From: Methanomassiliicoccales archaeon | GTDB taxonomy: Archaea > Thermoplasmatota > Thermoplasmata > Methanomassiliicoccales > UBA472 | Assembly: GCA_040768245.1 (NCBI GenBank) | Contig: JAXGNA010000008.1 | Span: forward strand, 1,812 to 65,811 | Reading direction: 5' to 3' | Length of the DNA: 64,000 nt | Shown: one piece after another, positions 44,535-53,329 of the stretch | Numbering within the stretch: the first letter of the stretch is position 1 | How the letters are laid out: each line of letters starts with the position of its first letter | Made by a program: the position numbers and the translations under genes | The notes under the pieces: generated by a model | Database searches by the model: none | The model's input: only the letters and a program-made list of their open reading frames with translations | Told to the model about the DNA's origin: nothing

Positions 44535-45365
44535 TCACTCCAGGGCGTGCTGGATTATCTTGGTCATGTCGTCGATGTTGTAGGCCGTTCCGCAGTAGGA
44601 GCAGAACTTGAGACCTTCCTTCTTGGAGTCCTTGTCTATGGTGATGCTGGCCCCGCAGGAGGAGCACTTGTAGGGGATGGCCAGACCTTTGGTGCCCACC
44701 TGGTCTATCAGGGTGTTCATGTCCACGGTGATGTGCTTTATCACCTGCTGGTCATCCAGGCGGCGCATGCGTCCCGCCTCTTCCCAGAAACGGTACTTCT
44801 CCAGGAGGACCGCGGCCTTCTCGTAGTTGCCCGCTTTCTCCATGTTGCGGGCCATGATCAGCTCGTCGATCATGGACTCCTCGGGCAGCTGGTTGGGGTT
44901 GTCCTGCTTCCAGGACCGTATGAGCTTACCGAGCCAGGGATCGTTCTTCTCCAGGCCCTCGATCTTGGCCTGGTAGGCGTATGCCTGCGCCTCCTGCTTG
45001 GCCCGGGCCATTTCGGCCGCGTCGGCCTGCTCTCGGGCGATGATGCCTTGGCATTCCTTGCATGCCAGTCCGTTGCCGGTCCGGTGCCTCTTCTCGATAG
45101 CGGGAACGATCCCGGCCATTATGATGGGCATGCCGATGATCAGGGCGATGAAGGCGAGGGGTATGTACTCCCAGCTGAAGGGCATGATAGGCTTCATGAA
45201 GGACAGCTGTTCCCTTAACCAATCGTCGCCCGTGACCAGGAGGTTGAAGAAGAACATGGCGAAGAAATAGATCGCGAAAAAGGCCGCGAAGGCCTTGGTG
45301 GTCATAAGACCGACGAACGGCTTTCCGCACTTGGAGCAGGAGCTTTTACCCTTGTTTGCTGCCAC
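44535..45365 (-). CDS. membrane-anchored protein with N- and C-terminal zinc ribbons
   Basis: 276 aa. 'CSKCGKPF', then 2 TM helices, then 'CKECQG', then a coiled or TPR-like segment, then 'YKCSSCGASI...FCSYCGTAY'. No family recognised. Confidence 0.5.
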   Translation of the reverse strand: MAANKGKSSCSKCGKPFVGLMTTKAFAAFFAIYFFAMFFFNLLVTGDDWLREQLSFMKPIMPFSWEYIPLAFIALIIGMPIIMAGIVPAIEKRHRTGNGLACKECQGIIAREQADAAEMARAKQEAQAYAYQAKIEGLEKNDPWLGKLIRSWKQDNPNQLPEESMIDELIMARNMEKAGNYEKAAVLLEKYRFWEEAGRMRRLDDQQVIKHITVDMNTLIDQVGTKGLAIPYKCSSCGASITIDKDSKKEGLKFCSYCGTAYNIDDMTKIIQHALE

Positions 45366-45498
45366 GGACTCCGGAAAGCGATATGGTGATTATTAAAGAC
45401 TATCTAAATTCCCAAGATGACCACAAAATATCTTTGATGGGATGATGACGTTCAGTGGATATGACCGTTGATGGCTGGTTTACCCCACTTCGCCAATC

Positions 45499-45510
45499 TT
45501 TAAGTAATTA
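45499..45510 (+). promoter_or_regulatory. putative TATA box (TTTAAGTAATTA) for tRNA-Glu
   Basis: AT-rich element centred about 27 nt upstream of tRNA position 1 (45532). Confidence 0.45.
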
Positions 45511-45531
45511 GTCAAATATCAAGCGCCACCC

Positions 45532-45634
45532 GCTCCCGTAGTGTAGTCCGGCCAATCATTCCGCCCTTTCGACATCGCTGAAAGGCGGTGGAAGGTAGGC
45601 GAAGACCCGGGTTCGAATCCCGGCGGGAGCACCA
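45532..45634 (+). tRNA. tRNA-Glu (anticodon UUC) with ~25-nt intron in the anticodon loop; CCA encoded
   Basis: GCTCCCG-TA-GTGTAGTCCGGCCAATCAT-T-CCGCC-CTTTCG[intron]A-GGCGA-AGAC-CCGGG-TTCGAAT-CCCGG-CGGGAGC-A-CCA. The 5' half matches my memory of archaeal tRNA-Glu. The spliced length is 78 nt including CCA. A TTTTT run follows. Confidence 0.8.
45572..45596 (+). other. predicted tRNA intron (position 37/38)
   Basis: The insert ACATCGCTGAAAGGCGGTGGAAGGT lies between G37 and A38. The junction is ambiguous by 1 nt because an A flanks both sides. The insert contains GAAAGGCGG, complementary to exon CCGCC-CTTTC. Confidence 0.6.
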
Positions 45635-45661
45635 TTTTTGTCCATTCCGTACCGACGAGGT

Positions 45662-46444
45662 TCAATCGCACTCCTTGGCCTCCATTATCGTGAGGTCCAT
45701 CATCCGGTTTATGAAGTAGTCCACCACGGTACCGCTGCTAATGATCGCCCGGTGGCCGCTCCCTTCCTTGGACAAAATAACAGACACCTCCCGATCGCAG
45801 ACCATTATCAGCTCGACATCGTACTCCATGCTCTTGTCCACATCCTCCATGGCGTTGGTGATGAAGGGCTCAGGTGGACTGAGCTTACCCTTGGTGATGC
45901 TCAATAACCTGGTCTTGCCGAGCGACCCGATGAAGTCCCTGGACCCCTCGAGCATGACCACGGTAACCGTCTTCTTCTCGGAGGCGGAAGCCACTATCCT
46001 GGCGTACCTCCGTAGATAGTCGTTATGGATGCTGATCATGACCACTTCTCTTTTGGCGGAATCGATCATCTCCGCCACCTTGTGGTCGATGGCCCACTCC
46101 CCCTTTATCGTCCAGATGGGGTTGTTCTTGCGCTCGGCGGTGCTCCCTATCTCCTCAAGCGCCTTGACCACCTCATCCCTGGCCTTCTCCAGGTCCTCGA
46201 TGAGATGCCCGAACACCTCGGCCGGGTCGTTCGCCCGGTAACAGCGGGGATTGGTGTTCCCGACCTCCACGAAGCCTTTCTCCAGAAGTCGTTCCATGAC
46301 ATCGTACGCCCGGGACCGCGGCACCTTGCTCTCGTCGCTGATCTCCTTTATGGTCCCTTCACCCAATACCACGGTGGCGATGTACGCCTTGGCCTCGTAC
46401 TCGCTCATCCCTAGGCTCATCAGGTGCTCGGTGATGCCGGACAT
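45662..46444 (-). CDS. TrmB-family transcriptional regulator
   Basis: 260 aa. 'LGMSEYEAKAYIATVVLGEGTIKEISDESKVPRSRAYDVMERLLEKGFV' is the TrmB wHTH, followed by a C-terminal effector-type domain. Confidence 0.85.
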   Translation of the reverse strand: MSGITEHLMSLGMSEYEAKAYIATVVLGEGTIKEISDESKVPRSRAYDVMERLLEKGFVEVGNTNPRCYRANDPAEVFGHLIEDLEKARDEVVKALEEIGSTAERKNNPIWTIKGEWAIDHKVAEMIDSAKREVVMISIHNDYLRRYARIVASASEKKTVTVVMLEGSRDFIGSLGKTRLLSITKGKLSPPEPFITNAMEDVDKSMEYDVELIMVCDREVSVILSKEGSGHRAIISSGTVVDYFINRMMDLTIMEAKECD

Positions 46445-46461
46445 GTCACTCTCGTAGTGAC
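46445..46461. promoter_or_regulatory. inverted repeat GTCAC-N7-GTGAC (candidate TrmB operator)
   Basis: A palindrome with perfect 5-bp arms directly abutting the trmB ATG (46444) and 9 nt from the shared TATAAATAT box. Its half-sites resemble the TGM half-site (TATCAC/GTGATA). Confidence 0.4.
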
Positions 46462-46469
46462 AACAACTC

Positions 46470-46478
46470 TATAAATAT
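46470..46478. promoter_or_regulatory. TATAAATAT box in the divergent trmB / MMPL intergenic region
   Basis: The only strong TATA-like element in the 75-nt spacer. It lies about 26-34 nt from the trmB ATG (leaderless geometry) and about 42-50 nt upstream of MMPL ATG 46520. Confidence 0.45.
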
Positions 46479-46519
46479 CTTCAATGTTGCCCGACCCAAC
46501 CAATTTAAGAGGCGTGTCC

Positions 46520-49495
46520 ATGGTATTCGATAGGTTAGCGAACACAGTCACAAAGCATTACAAGCTCATCATAGTCATATGGCTGGCACTACTGCTGCTC
46601 AGTGTTCCGGCCATGATGAGCCTGGACAGCGTGGTCAGCTACGATTCGGAGATGACCTCCGAGGATGAGAACGAGTCGACCATCGCTGCTGAGATCATTG
46701 CCGAAAACTTCCAAGGTTCGGTGGCCAACAGCACCCTGATAATCGTTCTGCAGTCAGATGATATGACCACTGCGGAAGCCAGGGATTTCGTTCTGAAATT
46801 GCAGAACGACCTGAAATCCGCTGACCTTGCCTATATGGAGAGCATCGGATCCATCTATGCCTACTCCGGAAGCGTCCTGTACATGGCGGTCAACGAGCTT
46901 GGCCCCCAGATGTACATGGCCGAGGAGCAGGTCAACCAGAGCGCCTTCCTGTTCTGGGGCGTGCCGGCCATGCATGTTCAGGCCTGGGCGGGCTACTTCG
47001 CCTCGGACGCTAACGAGACCAACGCCTCGGCTTACGCCTACTCGGCGACCATGGCCGCCCTGAACACCTACACATCACAGATGGACGCCAACATGAGCGC
47101 CATGGTGTTCGGGTACTACGGGGCGTTCGTCAACGCTTGGAACGCCAGCTCAGTGAACCCGGACCTGGTCAACAACTCCGTGTTGCGGGGGAACTCCTGC
47201 GTGGGTGCGGTCGCTCCCACCTTCATCTCCAACCTTCATCTGGGCGTCGCCTACCAGCAGGTGATGCTGGCCGTGGTCGGTGGGTTCAACATGACCACCT
47301 TCAACAGCCAGCCGGCGGTGCATGCGTTCACTTTGAACATGATCTCCAGCATGGCCGGGATCTCCAACGTCACCTTCCTGCAGGACGTCTACGACCTGGG
47401 GCCGAACTATTCCAATCTCACCACCCAGATCGGGATCGCCTCGCTGATCGCCGAGATCATAACCACCAACACCCTGGACACCTATCCCATACCTCTGCCG
47501 GACCAGCTCATCACCGGCTTCATCTCGCCGGACAATAACACCATGATGATGACCATCTCGTTCTCGGTCAGCGCCGGCTACATGACCGATGAGGGCGTGA
47601 CGCCCATGACCGCCATGGTGGACGACATCCGGGAGATCGTCGCGGACGTCAAGGACGACACCGGCTTCGAGGTCAAGACCTACGTCACCGGCGCGGCGGC
47701 CATCTCCAAGGACATGGAGGAGCAGTCCGCCACCGATATGATGCTCATCGAGCCCATAACCATCATCGTCATCCTGGTGTTGATGGGCTATCTCTTCCGC
47801 ACCCTGATCGGCCAGTTCCTTCCCCTAGGCGCGGTCGGGGTGGCCATCGGCATAAGCCAGGCCATGGTGTTCGTGCTAGCGTCCACGATCATGGACGTCA
47901 ACTACATGATCTCCACCCTGTTGTTCGCCCTGCTTATGGGGGTCGGTACGGACTACTCCATCTTCATCGTCACCCGCTACCGGGAGGAGAGGATGCGGGG
48001 AGCGGACCGCGAGAAGGCCGTGCATACCGCCTTGACCTGGGCTGGCGAGTCCGTCGCTACCAGCGCCTCGACGGTGATCATCGCCTTCCTGGCCATGGCC
48101 ACCGCCGACTTCTCGTTCGTGAAGTCCCTGGGGATCATCATCGCCATCGCCATAATCATCGCTCTGATGGTGGCCCTGACGCTCATCCCCTCCATCCTGA
48201 TGCTGGTCGGGAACAGGATATTCTGGCCCACCACTGGCAAGCGCTGGGAGAACTATCGTGACAAGTTCATGGCCAAGAAGGCCGCCGGCAACCATGGTTA
48301 CTTCCATCAGGCGGCCACCTTCTCGGTCAACCACGCCAAGGTCGTTCTGGTCGTGGCGGTGCTGGTCACCGTGCCCACCACCTACATGTTCCTGACCGCC
48401 GAGACCAGCTTCGATTTCATCGGGGCCATGGGTGATTCGGAGAGCATCGATGGGATCAAGGCCATGACCGATGACTTCGGCGCCGGCAGCATCCAGCCCA
48501 CGCAGATCGTCATCACCGCAGGCATCGACGTTTATAACGAGACGGGCTTCAACTACGCCTATCTGGATGCCATCGACAACATCACCGCTGCGGTGGCGTC
48601 GCAATCAGAGGTGCAAAAGGTCACTGGGATAACCCGTCCCTACGGCGAACCCATAGATTACCGGAACCTGGACGCCCTTAACGACGAGGAACGCAATCAG
48701 GTCATGTCTGCAATGCTCTCCGGCCTGGGAACGGACAACCGCAGCGTGCTGCTGACCGTGATCCTCTCGGACCAGCCGCAGAGCGCAGGTTCGGTCTCGT
48801 TCATAAACGACCTGCGCGGAGACCTCGCGGACATCAAGGCCCAGGATCCCCAGCTAGAAAGCTCTGAGATATATGTGGGCGGGGTCACCGCCGCGCTCTA
48901 CGACACCGCGGAGTTCACCGACGCCGAGTTCAGGAACGTCGAGATCCTGGTGATCATCGGCATATTCATCGTGCTGATGGTCGTCCTCGGCTCGGTGCTG
49001 CTCCCGGTGTTCGCGGTGATCACCATCGCCATGAGCATCAGCTGGGCCTTCGCCCTCACCTACCTGGTTTTCGGAACCATACTCAGCCTGCCGGTGCTGT
49101 GGTTGATCCCGCTCATATTGTTCGTCATGCTGATGGGCATAGGGATCGACTACAACATCTTCATCCTGACCAGGATACGAGAGGAGATCCACAAGGGCAA
49201 GGAGACCAAGGAGGCGGTGGTCGACGCGGTGGATTGGACCGGGGGCATCATTACCGCCTTGGCCTTGATCATGGCCGGCGCGTTCGGCGCCATGATGCTC
49301 TCCAGTAACGCCATGCTGCAGGAGTTCGGGTTCGCTCTCACCGTGGCCATCCTACTGGACGCCATGGTCGTGCGAACCTACATCGTGCCCGCCGGCCTTA
49401 CCGTGATGGGCAAGAAGGCCTGGTGGGCCCCTGGCCGCCTCCAGCGGGAGGGGCGCGAGGAGAAGATGCGCAAGAAGAACGAGAAGAAGGAATAA
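46520..49495 (+). CDS. MMPL-family (RND superfamily) membrane transporter
   Basis: About 991 aa from 'MVFDRLANTVTKHYKLIIVIWLALLLL'. Two 6-TM bundles each carry 'GVGTDYSIFIVTRYREE' / 'GIGIDYNIFILTRIREE' and are separated by large extracytoplasmic domains. ATG 46484 lies only 6 nt past the TATA box, so 46520 is preferred. Confidence 0.85.
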   Translation: MVFDRLANTVTKHYKLIIVIWLALLLLSVPAMMSLDSVVSYDSEMTSEDENESTIAAEIIAENFQGSVANSTLIIVLQSDDMTTAEARDFVLKLQNDLKSADLAYMESIGSIYAYSGSVLYMAVNELGPQMYMAEEQVNQSAFLFWGVPAMHVQAWAGYFASDANETNASAYAYSATMAALNTYTSQMDANMSAMVFGYYGAFVNAWNASSVNPDLVNNSVLRGNSCVGAVAPTFISNLHLGVAYQQVMLAVVGGFNMTTFNSQPAVHAFTLNMISSMAGISNVTFLQDVYDLGPNYSNLTTQIGIASLIAEIITTNTLDTYPIPLPDQLITGFISPDNNTMMMTISFSVSAGYMTDEGVTPMTAMVDDIREIVADVKDDTGFEVKTYVTGAAAISKDMEEQSATDMMLIEPITIIVILVLMGYLFRTLIGQFLPLGAVGVAIGISQAMVFVLASTIMDVNYMISTLLFALLMGVGTDYSIFIVTRYREERMRGADREKAVHTALTWAGESVATSASTVIIAFLAMATADFSFVKSLGIIIAIAIIIALMVALTLIPSILMLVGNRIFWPTTGKRWENYRDKFMAKKAAGNHGYFHQAATFSVNHAKVVLVVAVLVTVPTTYMFLTAETSFDFIGAMGDSESIDGIKAMTDDFGAGSIQPTQIVITAGIDVYNETGFNYAYLDAIDNITAAVASQSEVQKVTGITRPYGEPIDYRNLDALNDEERNQVMSAMLSGLGTDNRSVLLTVILSDQPQSAGSVSFINDLRGDLADIKAQDPQLESSEIYVGGVTAALYDTAEFTDAEFRNVEILVIIGIFIVLMVVLGSVLLPVFAVITIAMSISWAFALTYLVFGTILSLPVLWLIPLILFVMLMGIGIDYNIFILTRIREEIHKGKETKEAVVDAVDWTGGIITALALIMAGAFGAMMLSSNAMLQEFGFALTVAILLDAMVVRTYIVPAGLTVMGKKAWWAPGRLQREGREEKMRKKNEKKE

Positions 49496-49503
49496 ACGCC
49501 ATC

Positions 49504-49540
49504 AAGGGCGGCCGCACTGGCCGCCCTTTCCCTTTTTTGT
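49504..49540 (+). terminator. hairpin plus T-run terminator after the MMPL gene
   Basis: AAGGGCGGCC-gcact-GGCCGCCCTT is a perfect 10-bp stem. It is followed by TCCCTTTTTTGT, 9 nt after the stop codon. Confidence 0.55.
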
Positions 49541-49615
49541 GTGCCAAGCCTTGTCATTCCATGATTTATATTCTCAGCAGGCGTTCCCGGAGCGTTCGTC
49601 AACAAAGGTGTTCCC

Positions 49616-50578
49616 TTGAGCAAGAAGATCATGGTCCTGGGCGCAACTGGCCAGATAGGCTCGGAGCTTATTCTGGAGCTAAGGAAGCGGTTCGGCGGTA
49701 AGAACGTCATCGGCGTCGGGCATAGCCGGACGCCTTCCAAGGACATCCTGGAGTCCGGCCCTTACGAGACCGGGAACGTCCTGGACGCAAAGCGCGTGGA
49801 GGAGCTTTGCGAGAAGCATGAGGTGGGGACGATATATCACCTGGCGGCGGTCCTTTCCGGCGTTGGGGAAAAGGACCCCCAGTTCGCCTGGGACCTCAAC
49901 ATGAACGGGCTGATCAACGTGCTGGAGGTGGCCAGGAAGAACAAGATCAAGGTGTTCTGGCCCTCCTCCATCGCCGTCTTCGGCAACAACTGCCCCCGTC
50001 TGAACACGCCGCAGGACACCGTGCTGCAGCCGACCACCATGTACGGGGTGACCAAGGTCTCCGGCGAGCTGCTGTGCGATTACTATCACCGCAAGTACGG
50101 GGTGGACGTGAGGAGCGTACGCTACGCGGGCATCATCAGCGCGGAGACGTTGCCCGGCGGGGGGACCACCGATTACGCCGTGGCCATATTCTACGAGGCG
50201 GTGCGCAGCAACCGCTACACCTGCTTCGTCAACCAGCGCACGGTGCTCCCGATGATGTACATGCCTGATTGCATAAATGCCGCCATCGGGATCATGGAAG
50301 CCCCCGCGGAAAAGCTCACCACCAGACTGGGGTACAACCTGAACGGGCTGAACTTCTCGGCGGCCGAACTTGCCGATATCGTGAGGGCACGCAGTCCTGG
50401 ATTCGCCATCAGCTACGAACCGGACTTCCGCCAGGCGATCGCCGATTCCTGGCCGGACTCCATGGACGACTCCCGTGCCGCACAAGACTGGGGCTGGAAG
50501 GCGGAGTGGAGCCTGGAACGCCTGGCCGACGACATGATCGCCAAGCTGCGCAAGCGCAAGGCCGAGGGAAAGCTCTGA
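49616..50578 (+). CDS. tdh: L-threonine 3-dehydrogenase, short-chain (UDP-glucose-4-epimerase-like) type
   Basis: 320 aa from TTG 49616; ATG 49631 gives 'MVLGATGQIGSEL'. 'GATGQIG' Rossmann motif, catalytic 'YGVTKVSGE' (YxxxK) and 'LPGGGTTDYAV', with a kbl gene immediately downstream. Confidence 0.78.
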   Translation: MSKKIMVLGATGQIGSELILELRKRFGGKNVIGVGHSRTPSKDILESGPYETGNVLDAKRVEELCEKHEVGTIYHLAAVLSGVGEKDPQFAWDLNMNGLINVLEVARKNKIKVFWPSSIAVFGNNCPRLNTPQDTVLQPTTMYGVTKVSGELLCDYYHRKYGVDVRSVRYAGIISAETLPGGGTTDYAVAIFYEAVRSNRYTCFVNQRTVLPMMYMPDCINAAIGIMEAPAEKLTTRLGYNLNGLNFSAAELADIVRARSPGFAISYEPDFRQAIADSWPDSMDDSRAAQDWGWKAEWSLERLADDMIAKLRKRKAEGKL

Positions 50579-50622
50579 GGATAAGTTAATCCCTCAGCTA
50601 CGCGCTCCTGGACCGGGATAAC

Positions 50623-51816
50623 ATGAGAGACCCTACCTCGTTCCTCAGGAAGGAGTATCAGGACCTTGTCGACCAGTCATTGGATTGGCGTATCGCCAAA
50701 CTGCAGGGGGCGAGCACCCCCTGGTGCAACGTCGATGGTAAAAGGGTGCTCATGTTCTGCTCCAACAATTACCTGAGCTTGAGCAACCACCCGCACATGA
50801 AGGAGCTGGCCAAGCGAGCGGTGGACACGCATGGGGTCGGTTCCGGTTCGGTACGGCCGATAGCCGGAACGATGGACCTGCACCTGGAGCTGGAGGAACG
50901 TTTGGCCAGGTTCAAGGGGCGACCCGCCTCCCTGGTCTACCAGACCGGGTTCGCCGCCAATTCCGGCCTCATCCCTCAGCTGGCCGGCAAGGGTGACCTG
51001 ATAATCTCCGACGAGCTGAACCATGGCAGCATAATAGACGGGGTTAGGCTCACCTCGGCCGAACGGGCCATCTACAAGCACTGCGACACGGACGACCTGG
51101 CATCCAAGCTGGAAGAGGCCGAGAAGCGTGACCCGGCCTATCGCCGGATGCTGATCATCACCGACGGGGTGTTCTCCATGGACGGGGACATGGCCCCTCT
51201 GGACCGGATCGCCAGATTGGCCAAGGACCACGGGGCGATGCTTTACGTGGACGATGCGCACGGGGAGGGGGTGCTGGGAGAAGGTGGACGGGGAATAGTC
51301 TCGCACTTCGGCCTGGACCATAACGACGTGCAGGTGGAGATGGGCACCTTCTCCAAGGCCTTCGGCGTCGTCGGCGGTCACGTCTCCGGGTCGCAGGACC
51401 TCAAGAACTTCGCTCTGAACAGGTCGCGGACCTGGCTGCTCAGCGGTTCGCACCCTCCGGCGGTGGCCGCCGCCTGCATCGGAGCGATCGACGTGCTGGA
51501 AAATGAACCGCAGCATGTGCGGAACCTTTGGAAAAGAACGGACCGCTTCCGCAAGGCCATGAGGGACCTGGGCTTTGACACTGGACGTTCGGTAACGCCG
51601 ATCATCCCGGTGATGGTGGGGGACAGCGCCAAAGCGAAACGCCTGAGCGAGAGGCTGTACCAGGAGGGCATATTCGCCCTGCCGATAGTCTTCCCCATGG
51701 TGGCCAAGGACAAGGCGAGGATACGCACCATAATGAACGCCGCCCTGACCGAGGAGGACCTGGACTTCGCCGTCAGCAAGTTCGAGCTGATAGGCAGGGA
51801 GCTGGGGATAATCTGA
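50623..51816 (+). CDS. kbl: glycine C-acetyltransferase (2-amino-3-ketobutyrate CoA ligase)
   Basis: 397 aa of the alpha-oxoamine synthase family. 'NNYLSLSNHP', 'DELNHGSIIDG', 'DDAHGEG' and PLP-lysine context 'GTFSKAFG'. The Kbl assignment rests on pairing with tdh. Confidence 0.83.
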   Translation: MRDPTSFLRKEYQDLVDQSLDWRIAKLQGASTPWCNVDGKRVLMFCSNNYLSLSNHPHMKELAKRAVDTHGVGSGSVRPIAGTMDLHLELEERLARFKGRPASLVYQTGFAANSGLIPQLAGKGDLIISDELNHGSIIDGVRLTSAERAIYKHCDTDDLASKLEEAEKRDPAYRRMLIITDGVFSMDGDMAPLDRIARLAKDHGAMLYVDDAHGEGVLGEGGRGIVSHFGLDHNDVQVEMGTFSKAFGVVGGHVSGSQDLKNFALNRSRTWLLSGSHPPAVAAACIGAIDVLENEPQHVRNLWKRTDRFRKAMRDLGFDTGRSVTPIIPVMVGDSAKAKRLSERLYQEGIFALPIVFPMVAKDKARIRTIMNAALTEEDLDFAVSKFELIGRELGII

Positions 51817-51878
51817 GCCCTGACGAAGGACCGCTGGACCGGCTGCTTTTCGAGCACCTCAGCCCCACGCAGGCGGCG

Positions 51879-52517
51879 GTGGAGTTCTTCTACGGGCTGC
51901 TGATGGCCATGACCCTCAGCAACACCCTGCGCTTGGCCTTGCTGGGCAGTCCCACGGTTGATGTGGTGTTCATCGTCTCCGTGGCCATCATCGGCTGCAA
52001 CACCGCCTGGGGCATTGCCGATGGCGCGGTCAGCATGCTCACCTCGCATTTCCAGAACATTTACTATTACCGCCGGATCAAGGAGATCAAGGACGGGACC
52101 GACCAAGAGGCGGCCAGGGAGATGGCCTCCGATATCCTGTCAGAGGCGCTGACCGAGATCCACGAGGACATTCTGGATGAGGAGACCCGCCGTCGGATGG
52201 CCGATGTGGCCATCCAGGCGATAAAGCGCAAGGAGATCCCCCAGCCCACGCTGGGCCGCTCGCAATGGATGGCCGCGATGTGGTGCATCGTGCTGAACGT
52301 CGCCGCCGCCCTTCCCCTCATAGCCATCTACCAACTCACGCCACTCCTCGACCTCAACCTGGTCACCCTTCTATCCAACATCGCCGGGGCGATCATGCTG
52401 TTCTTCCTGGGCCGTTTCCTCGACCGGCGCCTGGGGGATGGTAGCGGCCGCACCGGACTGGTGATGGTCGGCCTGGGCATGCTGATGCTGGTGATGATCG
52501 TCGCCCTGGGCGGTTGA
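51879..52517 (+). CDS. integral membrane protein, possibly VIT1/CCC1-like
   Basis: 212 aa (GTG start). Two TM helices, a charged helical loop of about 70 aa ('EAAREMASDILSEALTEIHEDILDEETRRRM'), then three TM helices. The topology resembles VIT family proteins, but the signature motifs are weak. Confidence 0.4.
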   Translation: MEFFYGLLMAMTLSNTLRLALLGSPTVDVVFIVSVAIIGCNTAWGIADGAVSMLTSHFQNIYYYRRIKEIKDGTDQEAAREMASDILSEALTEIHEDILDEETRRRMADVAIQAIKRKEIPQPTLGRSQWMAAMWCIVLNVAAALPLIAIYQLTPLLDLNLVTLLSNIAGAIMLFFLGRFLDRRLGDGSGRTGLVMVGLGMLMLVMIVALGG

Positions 52518-52566
52518 GGGCAAGTTATTTGTGCGCGCACGCTAAAGTGATAACTAGGTGTGCAAC

Positions 52567-53109
52567 ATGTTCGCCTACAACCTCCTGGTGACCTTTCACG
52601 GCAACCAGAAAGGCCACTCCGAGCTGGAAGTGCGGGAGCGGATGAAGGAACTGGGGGCATACGTGGAGCGGCTGGAGACCTGCGAGGTGGAAGGGGTGTT
52701 CCTGATCCTGGTCGGAGGGGACGCCAAGGTTCTGGTCTCCCAGCTCAAACGGCTGTGCCACGAGGACCCGGTGGGTTTCCAGTACACCCACCATTGGGTC
52801 CCGATCGAGAGATGGGTCCCCTCGAACAAGGATGAGATCAGGAAGAACGCGGTGGAGATCGGCAAGGGCATCGGTGCCGAGGAGAGCTGGATGATGCACC
52901 TGCATAAGCGCCACATGGCGGAGCATTACGACGACCTGATCTCCTACCTCACGGAGCCGCTGAACCGCGGCCATGTGGACCTCTCCGATCCGGACCGGAT
53001 ACTGGCCGTGGAGATCCTGGGAAAGAACACCGGCTTGTCGCTGCTGACCAGGCATGAGCTGCTGGACGTCAACAAGGTCAGGGTGGAGTCCGGGCACGGC
53101 AAGGTGTGA
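52567..53109 (+). CDS. stand-alone THUMP-domain protein (Tan1-like)
   Basis: 180 aa from 'MFAYNLLVTFHGNQKGHSELEV...'. The pattern of 'NLLVT..G.E', 'FQYTHHWVPIE' and 'ILAVEILGKNTGLSLL' is typical of small archaeal THUMP proteins. Confidence 0.62.
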   Translation: MFAYNLLVTFHGNQKGHSELEVRERMKELGAYVERLETCEVEGVFLILVGGDAKVLVSQLKRLCHEDPVGFQYTHHWVPIERWVPSNKDEIRKNAVEIGKGIGAEESWMMHLHKRHMAEHYDDLISYLTEPLNRGHVDLSDPDRILAVEILGKNTGLSLLTRHELLDVNKVRVESGHGKV

Positions 53110-53329
53110 GAACCCTATGTACCTAGAGGCTGAACAGCGGGAGCTTTGTTCCGCCGCGCAGAGCATTTGAGCTTTCTTTCCTCATTCCGCGAGACGTTTG
53201 CGCACAAGTATTATTATTCTTTAGACAAAATCTCTGAGACCTTTGGCCATGATATTAATTTTCAAGGATTATAATTATTGAGCGAGGGACCGCAATCTAT
53301 AATAAATAAAAAAAATTCTCCCGCTTCTC

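Noticed and set aside
45437-45496. C/D-box sRNA-like sequence (GGGATGATGA ... TGATGG)
   Set aside because: A good C box (RUGAUGA) and a degenerate C' box are present. No CUGA D or D' boxes occur at the required spacing, and there is no terminal stem.
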